Source: an uncultured Ignavibacteria bacterium | GTDB taxonomy: Bacteria > Zixibacteria > MSB-5A5 > CAIYYT01 | DNA length: 64,000 bases | Direction of reading: 5' to 3' | Assembly: GCA_964537215.1 (NCBI GenBank) | Contig: CAZIBI010000011.1 | Coordinates: 4,517 to 68,516 of the forward strand | In this document: piece after piece, positions 28,997-39,209 of the stretch | How the letters are laid out: every line of letters begins with the position of its first letter | How positions within the stretch are numbered: position 1 is the first letter of the stretch | Made by a program: the position numbers and the translations under genes | Notes under the pieces: model-generated | Seen by the model: only the letters and a program-made list of their open reading frames with translations | Told to the model about the DNA's origin: nothing | The model's database searches: none

Positions 28997-31227
28997 TAGA
29001 ATTGCGCCTCTGGCGATCTATCCGCCTTGTCTTTGACATAGCGGTCGAACGCGTCGACATAATCTTGCGGGTTGGATCCCGCCGGCGTCACGATGTAGAT
29101 ATTGCCGAAGTTCTGCTGCACGGCCGGAGCGGCGTCGTTCGCCTTGCTGCCAAGCGAGGTGTCAAAATAGACTCGCGCCAGTGCATCCATGCTTTCGCGC
29201 ATTCTCTGATTGTGGTCAAGCGTCGTACCAAGACGCTGATCTGAAACCGGGTTGAACATTCCCGTCTCGATCAGGTTTGCCCGGATATCTCCATGCCGGA
29301 TTGCGCCACTCATTAGAGCTCGCTCGACATCGGCGGAATATCCAAGCTTTGAATCGAACGGCGTCGGAATGATGCTGGCAGCCGCAAGCGGCACGAATCC
29401 CTTGGCCGCGCCAAAAATACCTTTGCCCATCATGCCGGCAAGTTCGCGCGCTGCGCCGCGCTGGGTCTCGCGCGCAACAGCAGTTGCGGCATCTTCAATG
29501 AGCGCCTTGCCGAGAATGTTCTTAGGCAGCTCCTTGGCCGCCGTAAATTCGCTGAAGAACGCGTCATCTGCTGCAGTCGCAGTTGACTTTACAATCTGCT
29601 TGACTGCGTCGTCTACTTGGCTCGCCGCCGCCTTTGCCCCCGCAACTGCTGCGTCGTCGGCGACGGTTGCCGCTGCCTGGGATGCGGCCTTCATTTCTCG
29701 CATCAGTCGCCACGACTTGTATCCGAGATATGTATTCATCGCGGCACCGCCGAGTACCATCGCACCACCGCCGAGTTCCGCCGCACCTCCTACAATTCCG
29801 CCGCTGACTAAGGCGGTCTTGACGAAGTTCGGATTGTTCTTCGCAAAGTCAGTGAGGTCTTGCAGCCACGGCCGTATCTCTTTGGAGAGATCCTTGACGA
29901 CCGGCAGCAGATTCGTTCCGATATCTTCCGCGAGGTTGCCGAATTGATTCTTCAATATCTGCAGCTGAAAATCCGCATCCTCGGCCGTGGCGCCGAACGC
30001 CTCGGTGATGTAACCCGTGTCGCGGAACTCGACTTCCATGCGTTTGATCGCTTCGGACTTGCCGATGAAATTGCCGATCTGGATTCCAAAGGAGTCGATC
30101 AAAGCCCGCTGTGCATCGCCGGTCAGACCGAGGGCCGCCATGCGTTGATTCTCCGGAATCTTCCCTGCCGCGATTTGCTCATCCACCTTGGCCATCGCTT
30201 CTTTGGTGATCCCCATCGTCGATTCGATATCGGAGAGTACTTCGGTGAATCCACGCATTTCGCCACCCGGTCCGGTCATCCGGATATTCATCAGCTTCGA
30301 CATCTGCGGCGAAATGCTCTTGCGCAATTCATCTTTGGCGAGGAAGTCGGTAAGTGAAAGTTCCGGCTTACCCAGTTCCTTGCGCATGTCCTTTACCTTC
30401 TTGTCGAAGTTGAGCATGTTCACCATCACTCCCGCAACGCCCGACCCAACCATACGATCCAGCTTGCCCATCGCCAGAAGCGGCGTCATCAGCGCGAACG
30501 TCTGTTCCATACTGGGATTCATGATCCCGGCTTCCTCGGTAAACTGCCGCAGGGCGCCGGTCATGCTGCTGACGTCGAAGGAATATTTCCGCGAAGCGAA
30601 CGCCAGCGCATTGGTGATGCGCAGCGATTTTTCCTGCTCGGAAATATTGCCCATGCTGTCCTTGAACATTTTATAGGCGATATTGTAAGCTTCGACGGAC
30701 TGCACGGCGTCGGTAGTCGTCACTGCGGCCATGCGCATGATATTCTGATACGAAGCCGCCGCAGCCTCGCTGTTGTTCATCAAGCCCTGCAGCTTGATAA
30801 ATGCCGCGTCCATCTGATCCGACGGCAACCCGATTTCCGAGTTGGCCAGCGAGTCGACGAAGTCCTTCTCTTTCGCCATTATCCGCACGGCTTCCAGCCG
30901 GCTGAGATTCTGTTGCGCCATCGCCTGCGTAACACGCCCGGTCCACATGTGCTCATCCTGCATCGCTTTGCGGCCCGCGACGAATGCCGGAGCGAGCAGG
31001 GCCGCGCCGCCGGCCATCACCGATGCGCCCTGCACCATCATCTGCCGACTGCGCGCCGCTTGCTTCTCGATCATCTCCGCCTGTTTGACATAGTCCTTGG
31101 TCAAATCCTGAACTTCACCCTTGAGGTTGCGGAGCTCTTTCGCCGCGGCACGAGCTTCTTTTGAGGTTTTATCTGTGAACTCGAGCACGAACCCAAGTCC
31201 CATTTGTTTGATTAGATCAAAACTCAT
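28996..31227 (-). CDS. Tail tape measure protein (743 aa)
   Basis: A long alpha-helical protein with an internal Gly-rich hydrophobic segment (LVSGGIVGGAAELGGGAMVLGGAAM). It lies after the tail chaperone genes. Confidence 0.7.
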   Translation of the reverse strand: MSFDLIKQMGLGFVLEFTDKTSKEARAAAKELRNLKGEVQDLTKDYVKQAEMIEKQAARSRQMMVQGASVMAGGAALLAPAFVAGRKAMQDEHMWTGRVTQAMAQQNLSRLEAVRIMAKEKDFVDSLANSEIGLPSDQMDAAFIKLQGLMNNSEAAAASYQNIMRMAAVTTTDAVQSVEAYNIAYKMFKDSMGNISEQEKSLRITNALAFASRKYSFDVSSMTGALRQFTEEAGIMNPSMEQTFALMTPLLAMGKLDRMVGSGVAGVMVNMLNFDKKVKDMRKELGKPELSLTDFLAKDELRKSISPQMSKLMNIRMTGPGGEMRGFTEVLSDIESTMGITKEAMAKVDEQIAAGKIPENQRMAALGLTGDAQRALIDSFGIQIGNFIGKSEAIKRMEVEFRDTGYITEAFGATAEDADFQLQILKNQFGNLAEDIGTNLLPVVKDLSKEIRPWLQDLTDFAKNNPNFVKTALVSGGIVGGAAELGGGAMVLGGAAMNTYLGYKSWRLMREMKAASQAAATVADDAAVAGAKAAASQVDDAVKQIVKSTATAADDAFFSEFTAAKELPKNILGKALIEDAATAVARETQRGAARELAGMMGKGIFGAAKGFVPLAAASIIPTPFDSKLGYSADVERALMSGAIRHGDIRANLIETGMFNPVSDQRLGTTLDHNQRMRESMDALARVYFDTSLGSKANDAAPAVQQNFGNIYIVTPAGSNPQDYVDAFDRYVKDKADRSPEAQF

Positions 31228-31427
31228 GATGCACGACTAATTCCAAACGAGAATTTTACCTTTGCCCTGCAGTTCCAGCATCTTGCTGACGCGACGGCAA
31301 AGCGAAACGCGGTAGTGATGTGACAAGTTGAGAATCTCATTTTGTGATAGCGAGGTTTGCGTCAAGAGGAAGGCCTCTTGCTCCTGGTAGGTTTCGTCCT
31401 GAACGAATAGACCGGCGACCTGGTCGG

Positions 31428-31910
31428 CTACTTTTCGGCCGCCGCGGGAGCTTCCCCCAGTTCTTTTTTCAACTCTGCATTGATCTCATTGCGCAGGCCA
31501 TCCGACAGCCTGACCGAATCGAGAATCGCGAGTACGCGGTCAATTTTGATCAGTCGGCCGCCGGAGCCGTTCTGATAGGCGATCATGATCCCGATATCGC
31601 GCGCCGTCAGCTTATAGAATACATCATCGGCGCGGAGCGTTGTCTGCTCGATTGTTCCGATTGACAACACCGTCTGCTTAAAGACGATGCAGTAATACTG
31701 GTTGAATTCTGCCAGGGCAAATTGACGCTCAACGGGATTCGGCGATTCAAGGTCGTACTTCGACGATAGCAGCTTGCGCGCTGTAGTGTCCATATCCTTG
31801 ATCGTGATCTGGTCCTGCATCGTCAGCCGCCGCATGACAACGTCTTTGTGAACAGTTCCGCCGGCATCTTCGTAACCGTCAAGTAACTCAAATGTGATGC
31901 GGTCTTGCAT
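31428..31910 (-). CDS. Tail assembly chaperone (160 aa)
   Basis: Positioned between the tube gene and the tape measure gene. Confidence 0.45.
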   Translation of the reverse strand: MQDRITFELLDGYEDAGGTVHKDVVMRRLTMQDQITIKDMDTTARKLLSSKYDLESPNPVERQFALAEFNQYYCIVFKQTVLSIGTIEQTTLRADDVFYKLTARDIGIMIAYQNGSGGRLIKIDRVLAILDSVRLSDGLRNEINAELKKELGEAPAAAEK

Positions 31911-31924
31911 GTGCTTCTTCTCCT

Positions 31925-32449
31925 TTAGCCAATTCCGATAAATGCGCCGACCGGCGCTTCTTCGATTTCTTCGTAAGTAATTGTCACTCGCTCCAATGCG
32001 AGATCGTTCGCCATCGCGTTATTCTCCGGTCCGTCCCACGCGGAGGGGAACGCCTTGAACAAGTCCCAGCCGCGCCGCGCAATTGAGACCTCGCCGGTGA
32101 CTTCCTGAAGCGCATAGATCGTCACGGTCCGGTGATAGTCCTTTTCGCCCGGCTGCCATTCTTTTGCTGCCTTAAACCAGCGAAACAGGAAACCGGAGAC
32201 ATCGAGCACCTTGGTCAGGGTCACTTCCTTGTAGGTCGCTCGCTGGGGAAAATTCCGCCGCTTGTTATCGCCTGGCTCATTGATCGTGAAACTTTCCAGC
32301 GTTCCGCCCGGCCCGCTCGATTCGCGAAAGCCGCCGAAACCGACAACCAGCGGGTTTGTCTCCCCTTCGATGATGATAGCGAAACGCGCCACCTGAAGTT
32401 CAGGCAGCGCGATCGTTAAGGCATTCTGGATATCTTGTTCGAGTGCCAC
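31925..32449 (-). CDS. Tail tube-family or tail assembly protein (174 aa)
   Basis: Positioned after the tube gene, with an RBS AGGAGA before the next gene. No slippery site is evident. Confidence 0.4.
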   Translation of the reverse strand: MALEQDIQNALTIALPELQVARFAIIIEGETNPLVVGFGGFRESSGPGGTLESFTINEPGDNKRRNFPQRATYKEVTLTKVLDVSGFLFRWFKAAKEWQPGEKDYHRTVTIYALQEVTGEVSIARRGWDLFKAFPSAWDGPENNAMANDLALERVTITYEEIEEAPVGAFIGIG

Positions 32450-32452
32450 GGA

Positions 32453-32902
32453 TTACAGAGCAACCTCGTAGACACGCGGCGTCGCGATCTTGATTTCAAA
32501 TGTTGCCTTGGCGGTATTGTCGTTCGCATTGGCAGCGGGCGTCTTCACACTGACGCAAATGGCATTCTCGAACACGACCCGGTGATAGGGCGTACCCGTT
32601 TCCGGATGCCGGAATGTGATTGTACCCGACTTCTTCATCTGGCCGCCCTTCTGACGCCAGTCGATAAATGAATTGAGTACAATCTGGTCGAGCTCGCGCG
32701 CCACCTTGCGCAGCGTGATCGTCACCGGCTCGTGATTGCCCAGCGTCAGAGTCATGTAGTTCGGATCGGTACCGTCGCGGTTCTGGATCAACGCCCGCGC
32801 CTGTTCCGGAACATCGATTTCCTCGAACGCCGCGACAGTGATTCCATCCAGCTCGATTTCGAAAGCCGTCCCGACTATGGGATTTTTGAGTTGGTCACTC
32901 AT
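32453..32902 (-). CDS. Tail tube protein (149 aa)
   Basis: Its size and position immediately after the sheath gene fit a tube protein. Confidence 0.55.
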   Translation of the reverse strand: MSDQLKNPIVGTAFEIELDGITVAAFEEIDVPEQARALIQNRDGTDPNYMTLTLGNHEPVTITLRKVARELDQIVLNSFIDWRQKGGQMKKSGTITFRHPETGTPYHRVVFENAICVSVKTPAANANDNTAKATFEIKIATPRVYEVAL

Positions 32903-32942
32903 GTTTTGGTTATCTCCTCTTCACCCCGGAAATCTCCCGGGA

Positions 32943-34661
32943 TTACGCCGCTGCGCCGAGTGAAGACTCGACGAAACCGGTGTTATCAAAGCTCATCACA
33001 TAATCAATCTTCTCGGCCACTCCGACGAGTCCGATTGACAGATTCACCCGCAACGTGTCCGAGCCGACCTGTGAGATTGCCACGCCATAAGACGTGATCT
33101 CGCCGTCGTTCAGCTTGTTGCGGAAATAGTTGTCCAGACGCCGCTGCAGCATCGCCTTGGTGCGATCATTGATCGGCTTGAACGCGACATCGCCGGTCTC
33201 GGACTTGAGCGTCTGCGCGATGTCGTTAAACTGCTCGGAATGATTCAGGAATTTCCACAGCGGATTTGCGGCCAGTGTGTATCCGCCCCAGACGCGCGCG
33301 CCGTTGGGCGTAATTGTGTTGATATTGCTTTGCGACATCAACTGATCATTGGCCTCGGAGTATTTGTAGTACGGCTTGCCGCGCAGCACGATTTCTTTGT
33401 TGCCGACCGATTCAAAGATGCCAAACGAGGCGTCTTTCTTCGCCGCCACGCCGAGCACGGCGCCGATAACCGGACTTACCACAGTCGCGCCATTGACCAA
33501 TCCCGTCTGCCAGTCGTACCAGTTGGCGATCTCTCTGCCCTCGAACTTGCGCGCGAACAGGATCGCGTCGGTGACCGACGTATTGAACGGCGTCTCCATA
33601 TACAATTCGAAGCCGCGTGCCTTGGCAGTCTTGGCTTTGGCGTAGGCCAGCAGCGCCCGCATCACAGCCTCATAACCGTCGGCCGGCGAAGTGTTGATCT
33701 TCGGATTCGGGCAGGCGATTCGGAACAGTCCCTCGATTGTCTCAAACGCATAGAGCCCGGTGCCGTTGTCGGCCGAACCGATCCAATGCGAAGACTCCAG
33801 TCCGCCAACGTCGTCGGTGCCGCCGGTCAAAGCCACCGGTGTCGTCGCCGAAGCCACACTCGGCCACTGGTCATAGAGCGGCGTCGAAGGCGAAGTCACA
33901 TCCACCGTTTCGATCGGATAATTCTTCTCGTCGATGTTGACGACCTTGGTGTGGAAGAATGATACGAGCGGATTCTTGGACAATCCCTTGAAACGCTCGA
34001 TCTCAAGCGTCCGGTGATAGACGATGATCATGAACTCCTGCGAGCTCGCGGTCGTCAATGCGACGGTGTAGGTGTTCGTCAGGCCGCCGGTCCAGGTCAC
34101 AATGCCCGTACCGTCGCCGGAAGCGCTCGGCGTCACCGTATCCAGCGTGACCTTTTCGCTCTGCGTGCCGTTGTCGAACTTCAGCACCGAGCCGGTCTCA
34201 AGCTGCGCCACCGACTGAAGCGTCGCCGTTGTCGCCGAGGCGCTCACCTGCGCCGTCAATCTGGTAATCAAACGGCTGTCCGGAGCAATTGAGACGCGTA
34301 AGAGATTTCCCCAGGCGCCAAACCACTTACAGCGGATCGTCAAAGTCGGCTGCGGTGAGCTGTCGATATCATTGACAGTCACAAAGGCGCGAACCGCTGC
34401 CGGTCCCTTGACATTGACAACAGCAAGTTGCGCGTCGCCTGCGTTGTTGAAGAAATCGACCAGGTCATAGTGCGAGGTCGTTCCCGTGACCGCTTCATTG
34501 CCAAACAGACCCTGCGCTTCGGCCATACTGCCGACGAAGACGGCTTTGTTGAGCGGGCCCTTCTGGAAGGTACCCATCAAGCCGGTAATACGTGCGCCGC
34601 GGCCGGTAATCGCAGCAACGCCCAAGCCCTCGCGGACGTTGACACCTTTCTGTAGTGTCAT
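32943..34661 (-). CDS. Contractile tail sheath protein (572 aa)
   Basis: Its size and its position upstream of the tube, chaperone and tape measure genes fit a sheath protein. Confidence 0.55.
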   Translation of the reverse strand: MTLQKGVNVREGLGVAAITGRGARITGLMGTFQKGPLNKAVFVGSMAEAQGLFGNEAVTGTTSHYDLVDFFNNAGDAQLAVVNVKGPAAVRAFVTVNDIDSSPQPTLTIRCKWFGAWGNLLRVSIAPDSRLITRLTAQVSASATTATLQSVAQLETGSVLKFDNGTQSEKVTLDTVTPSASGDGTGIVTWTGGLTNTYTVALTTASSQEFMIIVYHRTLEIERFKGLSKNPLVSFFHTKVVNIDEKNYPIETVDVTSPSTPLYDQWPSVASATTPVALTGGTDDVGGLESSHWIGSADNGTGLYAFETIEGLFRIACPNPKINTSPADGYEAVMRALLAYAKAKTAKARGFELYMETPFNTSVTDAILFARKFEGREIANWYDWQTGLVNGATVVSPVIGAVLGVAAKKDASFGIFESVGNKEIVLRGKPYYKYSEANDQLMSQSNINTITPNGARVWGGYTLAANPLWKFLNHSEQFNDIAQTLKSETGDVAFKPINDRTKAMLQRRLDNYFRNKLNDGEITSYGVAISQVGSDTLRVNLSIGLVGVAEKIDYVMSFDNTGFVESSLGAAA

Positions 34662-34734
34662 ATTGCTATTCTCCTATTGAATGGAATCTAAGAATCGAAT
34701 GAGGGATCATTCCGGCTGAAGCCGGAATCGAAAA

Positions 34735-34950
34735 CTAATTATCGTCGTCTGCAGGAGCGCCGGAAACATCCGCGCCGGTCTCGTCAACCTTGACGGCGAT
34801 TGAAATAATGTCGCGCTGTTCGAGCAGGCGGATTTCTTCGCTCAGAGCGCCGCGCCCAGAGGCCTCGACCTCGAAGCTGCTGCCCTTGACCAACTGATTG
34901 CCGGCAAGTGTAAACGGCGCATCGACCAAACTGGTGATCGTGAAAATCAT
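34735..34950 (-). CDS. Hypothetical small structural protein (71 aa)
   Basis: Coupled ORF. Confidence 0.3.
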   Translation of the reverse strand: MIFTITSLVDAPFTLAGNQLVKGSSFEVEASGRGALSEEIRLLEQRDIISIAVKVDETGADVSGAPADDDN

Positions 34951-35540
34951 TCTTCCTCCTGCAAAGTAATCGTCTGACCCTGATATTGTAGCTGCACGCC
35001 AAGTACGAGTGCGACTTCCTCGATATCGCGCGGATCGTCAAACCAAACCGGCGAATGGAATCGAATAACTTTATGGAAGTCGCCGTCGAGTAGATCGTCT
35101 TGATTGTCGCCCGGCTCGGGATGCATCTCGTAGTTTGTGATATTGGGAGCCTGCAGAGTGCCATGGTTCACCGGAAATGAAGTCCGCGCTGCCATCATCA
35201 CCGAAAGCGGCTCGACCAGATTCCAGTCGTCGACCGAAGTCCGACAGAAGGTGTCGATCTGAATAAACGCGCGAAACGGCACCGGCAGTCGCTTGAGTTC
35301 CGCTGTTTGCGCCTGAAGGTCAATCGACTCTTCCTGGAAGTAGCCGGAATAGCGCAGGTCCGGGGCGGGTTCAAATCCGTAAAGCGACAGTGTCAACTTC
35401 GGCGGATCGGTTTTTACATCGTCGCTGGTGACAACGCGGTCATCCGGAATCGCAACGCGGATATCGTCCGCAATGATGCCGTCCAGCTTGCCTGCCAGGT
35501 GCGTCTTGAGACCGTCGAAAATCTGATAGATCTTGCTCAC
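34947..35540 (-). CDS. Head-tail joining or tail completion protein (197 aa)
   Basis: Based on position only. Confidence 0.35.
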   Translation of the reverse strand: MSKIYQIFDGLKTHLAGKLDGIIADDIRVAIPDDRVVTSDDVKTDPPKLTLSLYGFEPAPDLRYSGYFQEESIDLQAQTAELKRLPVPFRAFIQIDTFCRTSVDDWNLVEPLSVMMAARTSFPVNHGTLQAPNITNYEMHPEPGDNQDDLLDGDFHKVIRFHSPVWFDDPRDIEEVALVLGVQLQYQGQTITLQEEE

Positions 35541-36208
35541 TAATCAGCCTTGAAGATCATCCGCACTTGAACGCCCTTGATTGTCGCGGCGACAAAGTCA
35601 ACGCCCATCGTGATACAACGCTGCGCCTCGACAGAAATCGGCGCCTGGTCAACATGCGCCCAGCGGTAGCGTTCCGCCTGCGGATTGCATTGTACCGACC
35701 AGATCGAATTTGATCCGAACGTCAAGGCTGAGGCTCCGGCCGCGGCTCCTTTGAGTATATGAATCGTCGCATTGGCCGTCGCATCGGCGTATTGAACCGT
35801 GGCGACAATGGAGAGTATCTTGCCCGCCGCCGGTGTGTAGTAAATTGCGGTGTTCTCGCTCTCATTGACGTCGGCTCCAATTGTGCCGTTGATCCGGCAG
35901 ACCCAGGTCTCGGGGAATTTGGTGAGATAGTCGGCGGGTGCGTGGATAAACGTCTCGCGCAGCAGCCCGTCAATCCAAATGTCGTATTCGCCGACCGGCA
36001 GCGCCGTCAGCTTGATAATTCCGTCGGCGTCGGCAGTCCCCGATCTCACGATCGGGGTCGTGGTACCGGTGGCATAGAGCACGTAAGGCGCATTGCGGTA
36101 GACCCGGAGAATGTCCGAACCCACCGAAAGGCGCTGTGCGATTAGATATTTTTCATTCGCCATATTTACACACTGCCGAGCACGGCCTTGCGCACTTCGA
36201 CTCTCCAA
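35540..36208 (-). CDS. Structural protein with a carboxypeptidase-regulatory-like (prealbumin-fold) domain (about 210 aa)
   Basis: The motif DGIIKLTALPVGEYDIWIDG is present. Confidence 0.35.
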   Translation of the reverse strand: MESRSAQGRARQCVNMANEKYLIAQRLSVGSDILRVYRNAPYVLYATGTTTPIVRSGTADADGIIKLTALPVGEYDIWIDGLLRETFIHAPADYLTKFPETWVCRINGTIGADVNESENTAIYYTPAAGKILSIVATVQYADATANATIHILKGAAAGASALTFGSNSIWSVQCNPQAERYRWAHVDQAPISVEAQRCITMGVDFVAATIKGVQVRMIFKAD

Positions 36209-36627
36209 TTCTCATAGAGTTCATCGCGGATTTGTTCAATAGTTGGGCGTAGGTATGACCGCGCAGGTATCCGGAGGAAGTAGGTTGTTCCAGTCTTGGA
36301 ATTCGTCACATATCCCATGAATCCAAACTCATGCACGCGGGCGATGTTCACGAGCGAGTCGCCTGATTTCTTTCTGCTGGCTGTTCGCAGGACGCCCACG
36401 AACGCCGAGTACGGATTGATCGCTTTGAATGTGATCGAGTTGAGCAAATCGCCCTTGTCGATGAGCATCTTCGAAGATCCCTTGCGGGCTATTGTCGCCG
36501 CCTGCAATGGCTCCCAGTCGAACACTTGGTCGCGGATGTTGCGTCTGACCTGCTCGGCTGCAAACGAAGCATTCTTCTTGGTTGCCTTCTCGGCCGCTTG
36601 CCTCACGATGTCCGGCAACTTGTTCAT
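36166..36627 (-). CDS. Head-tail joining protein, HK97 gp10-like (153 aa)
   Basis: Its C-terminal motif ...VNIARVHEFGF... and its size match the HK97 gp10 family. Confidence 0.45.
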   Translation of the reverse strand: MNKLPDIVRQAAEKATKKNASFAAEQVRRNIRDQVFDWEPLQAATIARKGSSKMLIDKGDLLNSITFKAINPYSAFVGVLRTASRKKSGDSLVNIARVHEFGFMGYVTNSKTGTTYFLRIPARSYLRPTIEQIRDELYENWRVEVRKAVLGSV

Positions 36628-36667
36628 CGCATTTATCGCGCCGTCCCAGTCGCCGGTCGTGTATGCT

Positions 36668-37090
36668 TTAGCGATTGCGTTTCTCCCCGGCCTTGCGCGT
36701 CAAGGCAACCTGATAGCCGAAATATTTTCCGCGACTCTGCATGTGTGGCATGACCTTATCTACGTAGAACATTTCTGCGAATTCCGGCAGAGTGAAGCGG
36801 TCCTTAGTTGTGAGAGTGATCGCCAATGCTGTCAAATCTCTCTTCGTGACGAGCAGGACAGCAGCAACATCTTCCTTCAGCCCGAGCTTCGTCCGCATCG
36901 CCTGACTTGGCGCCATTTCGATTTGCGCCTTGAGCGTCTTGTGCGACCCGCTCGGATAACAAGCATCTTCATCCGCGACCTGTTTGGTCAAAGAATCAAC
37001 GCCGGTCTCGACGAACTTCTGATAAGTGACATTCGACCCGCAGCGATCGATCATCGACTGCAGATTGATTTCAAAAGCGTCAGTTACCAT
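36668..37090 (-). CDS. Head-tail connector or head-closure protein (140 aa)
   Basis: Based on position only. Confidence 0.35.
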   Translation of the reverse strand: MVTDAFEINLQSMIDRCGSNVTYQKFVETGVDSLTKQVADEDACYPSGSHKTLKAQIEMAPSQAMRTKLGLKEDVAAVLLVTKRDLTALAITLTTKDRFTLPEFAEMFYVDKVMPHMQSRGKYFGYQVALTRKAGEKRNR

Positions 37091-37362
37091 TAGTCACCGT
37101 TTCGGGCAATCATCTTCTGAATTAACAGATTGTTCTGATCGACGACTTTCGTCACAAGTCGGACAGCTTCCTGGTGTAGACTGATAGCTTGATTCACGCG
37201 CTCCGAAAGGTGATCATCTTCATTGTGCAGTTGCTCAATGTCCTTTTCAGCCGCCTGAAGCTTGATTGCTTGGTCATCTTGCGACTTTTTTACCCAAACC
37301 GCCATCCCACCCAAACCGATCAGCAGTCCGATCGTCGTAAACAAAACATTCGTTAAATCCAT
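37090..37362 (-). CDS. Small membrane-anchored coiled-coil protein (about 90 aa), i-spanin-like in architecture
   Basis: A transmembrane helix (LFTTIGLLIGLGGMAVWV) is followed by a coiled-coil segment. The start is placed at the internal Met (MDLTNV...) to avoid a 100-nt overlap with the upstream gene. Confidence 0.35.
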   Translation of the reverse strand: MDLTNVLFTTIGLLIGLGGMAVWVKKSQDDQAIKLQAAEKDIEQLHNEDDHLSERVNQAISLHQEAVRLVTKVVDQNNLLIQKMIARNGD

Positions 37363-37369
37363 AGCTCCC

Positions 37370-38011
37370 TTACACAGCAGCCATCCGTAGCCGCCGATAA
37401 CGTGCCAATGTTTGCGCGATCTCGGAATCGCCGGTCCAGCCGTGACTCGTGATCGCAGTTTGTGCGTATTCAAACTCCGCCGGTCCGAGCCTCTCTCTCA
37501 CGATATCGCCGCGCCCGGCTGTTGCTACTTCCTCGACCGGCGTCTTCAATGCGAATGCGACGATCCGAATAATCAGCCGCCTGATCAGCGCCGGCGGCAA
37601 GTACACCACTGGCGAAGATCCTGGCTTGGCGATGACATGCCCGAACGATCCAACGATTTTGATATTGCGATTTCCCGTCGACCAAACGCCGCCAATTCTC
37701 CGCAGCTGCGGTTTGAACAAGGCGTGCTCAACGATCAGGTCCGTTACAATCTCATAGTCGCCGGAATCGAGCGCCCTGCCGTTCTCTTCGATCGAAGTAA
37801 TGCTGATTGCCGGATGCTCAAGGTTAAGCAGCTCCTTGCTGTAGCCGGAAACGTACATCGTGTGGTTATCGACCTTTCGGAAGAGGCGGCCGGTGACAGA
37901 CTCAACCGTCTGCTCGGCCAGGTCGATCAAACCGTTGACGCGCGTTATGGCGTACGGGGGATCCGTAATCCCCTCGCACGCCAGTTCGCTGAATTCAATG
38001 ATCTGACCCAA
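37370..38011 (-). CDS. Head-tail connector protein (213 aa)
   Basis: Based on position only. Confidence 0.35.
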   Translation of the reverse strand: MGQIIEFSELACEGITDPPYAITRVNGLIDLAEQTVESVTGRLFRKVDNHTMYVSGYSKELLNLEHPAISITSIEENGRALDSGDYEIVTDLIVEHALFKPQLRRIGGVWSTGNRNIKIVGSFGHVIAKPGSSPVVYLPPALIRRLIIRIVAFALKTPVEEVATAGRGDIVRERLGPAEFEYAQTAITSHGWTGDSEIAQTLARYRRLRMAAV

Positions 38012-38014
38012 CGC

Positions 38015-38569
38015 TTAACCCTGCAGAATCGGCATCGGCTGATCCGGGATGTCGAACGGAGAAATTGCGTTGTTGTACTCCTGAGTCAGAGCCGTGGCGC
38101 CGGTACACTTGAGGCGCGTCTCACCGACGCACATCCAAATGACATCGTCACCAAAGCCCAGCGCCGTTTTGATCTGGGCGATTGTCGGACGAACGACCGT
38201 CGCGTGCGCGGCCACCGTTCCCGGCACCCAAGCGGACCGAACGGCGCCGTCGCCCTTCGATCTCCAATAAATCAGACAGTAGATGACCGACTGTCCGGAT
38301 GCCAGCGGAGCGGCCGATCCCGAATTCGACAGATCGATGTCAGCCAGCGGATTGACGTTTACGACAACGCCGTCAACTGCCAGTGCTCCCGCACTGAGGT
38401 TGACGTTGAAATCATGCGCCGGAGTTCCGGTGTTGATGGTGCTTGCGTTCGTCGGCGCACCGATGATGCAGCCGCGCAGGACTTTGGTCTTGTCCTGAAA
38501 GTCGGCGGCACCAACGCCGCCTGGCATGTACCGGTTCGAAAAACCGTTATAGTGATTCTGATTTCCCAT
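38015..38569 (-). CDS. Hypothetical head protein (184 aa), possibly a decoration protein
   Basis: Based on position only. Confidence 0.3.
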   Translation of the reverse strand: MGNQNHYNGFSNRYMPGGVGAADFQDKTKVLRGCIIGAPTNASTINTGTPAHDFNVNLSAGALAVDGVVVNVNPLADIDLSNSGSAAPLASGQSVIYCLIYWRSKGDGAVRSAWVPGTVAAHATVVRPTIAQIKTALGFGDDVIWMCVGETRLKCTGATALTQEYNNAISPFDIPDQPMPILQG

Positions 38570-38635
38570 CGGGAACCTCGAATTATCTGGTTAAAGATTA
38601 GTTACTGCGAAATGTTCATTTGAGCCCGGCAGGCA

Positions 38636-39178
38636 TTAGTTGCCGGGTGCACCCGCATCCTGTCCGGTGCCGGCTGCCGGCTTGTTATCGCCCGCGCCTG
38701 GCTCGGTGTTGGCTCCCGGAGCTGGCGGGGCTGCTGTCGATTTAGTCGTGACTGCATCCAGAGCGGTCCGTATTCGCTTGAGTCGACCTTCGCCGATCCC
38801 GTTGACGGCCAGCAACTGTTCGTCGCTCATCGCCGCGAGAGATTTGATCGAGTCGATTCCCGCTTGCTTGATGAAGCCCACTGTCACTTCGTCGATGTCG
38901 AGATTATCGAGTTCGTGATCGCCTTGCCCCACGCGCGACGGCATCTCCACATTGACAAGGCTCTCGAGATAGTCGGGCCTGAAGATTCCGAGAGGAATGT
39001 CCGGACGAACCGGGAGATCGAGGTCAGTGGCGAAGAACGCGTCGCTCACGAACAGCTTGCAGAGCGGGCTGTTCGCGGGCAACGTGATTGTGAAAGGCGA
39101 TTCAAGCTTAGCTCCAAAGCAGGGAGACTCGAAGCTCTGCGGCCTAAGCGTGAATCGTTTACATGCTACTTGTGACAT
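38636..39178 (-). CDS. Helix-hairpin-helix-containing protein (180 aa) adjacent to the major capsid gene
   Basis: The C-terminal sequence ...LLAVNGIGEGRLKRIRTALD is HhH-like. The protein has a Pro/Ala/Gly-rich tail. Confidence 0.3.
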   Translation of the reverse strand: MSQVACKRFTLRPQSFESPCFGAKLESPFTITLPANSPLCKLFVSDAFFATDLDLPVRPDIPLGIFRPDYLESLVNVEMPSRVGQGDHELDNLDIDEVTVGFIKQAGIDSIKSLAAMSDEQLLAVNGIGEGRLKRIRTALDAVTTKSTAAPPAPGANTEPGAGDNKPAAGTGQDAGAPGN

Positions 39179-39209
39179 TTACTGTCTCCTGCTTGGGAAG
39201 AAATCGGGG

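Noticed and set aside
31910-31927. A programmed -1 frameshift between the two tail chaperone genes
   Set aside because: The genes do not overlap. The stop codon is followed by a 14-nt spacer with an AGGAGA RBS and an ATG, and no slippery heptamer was seen.
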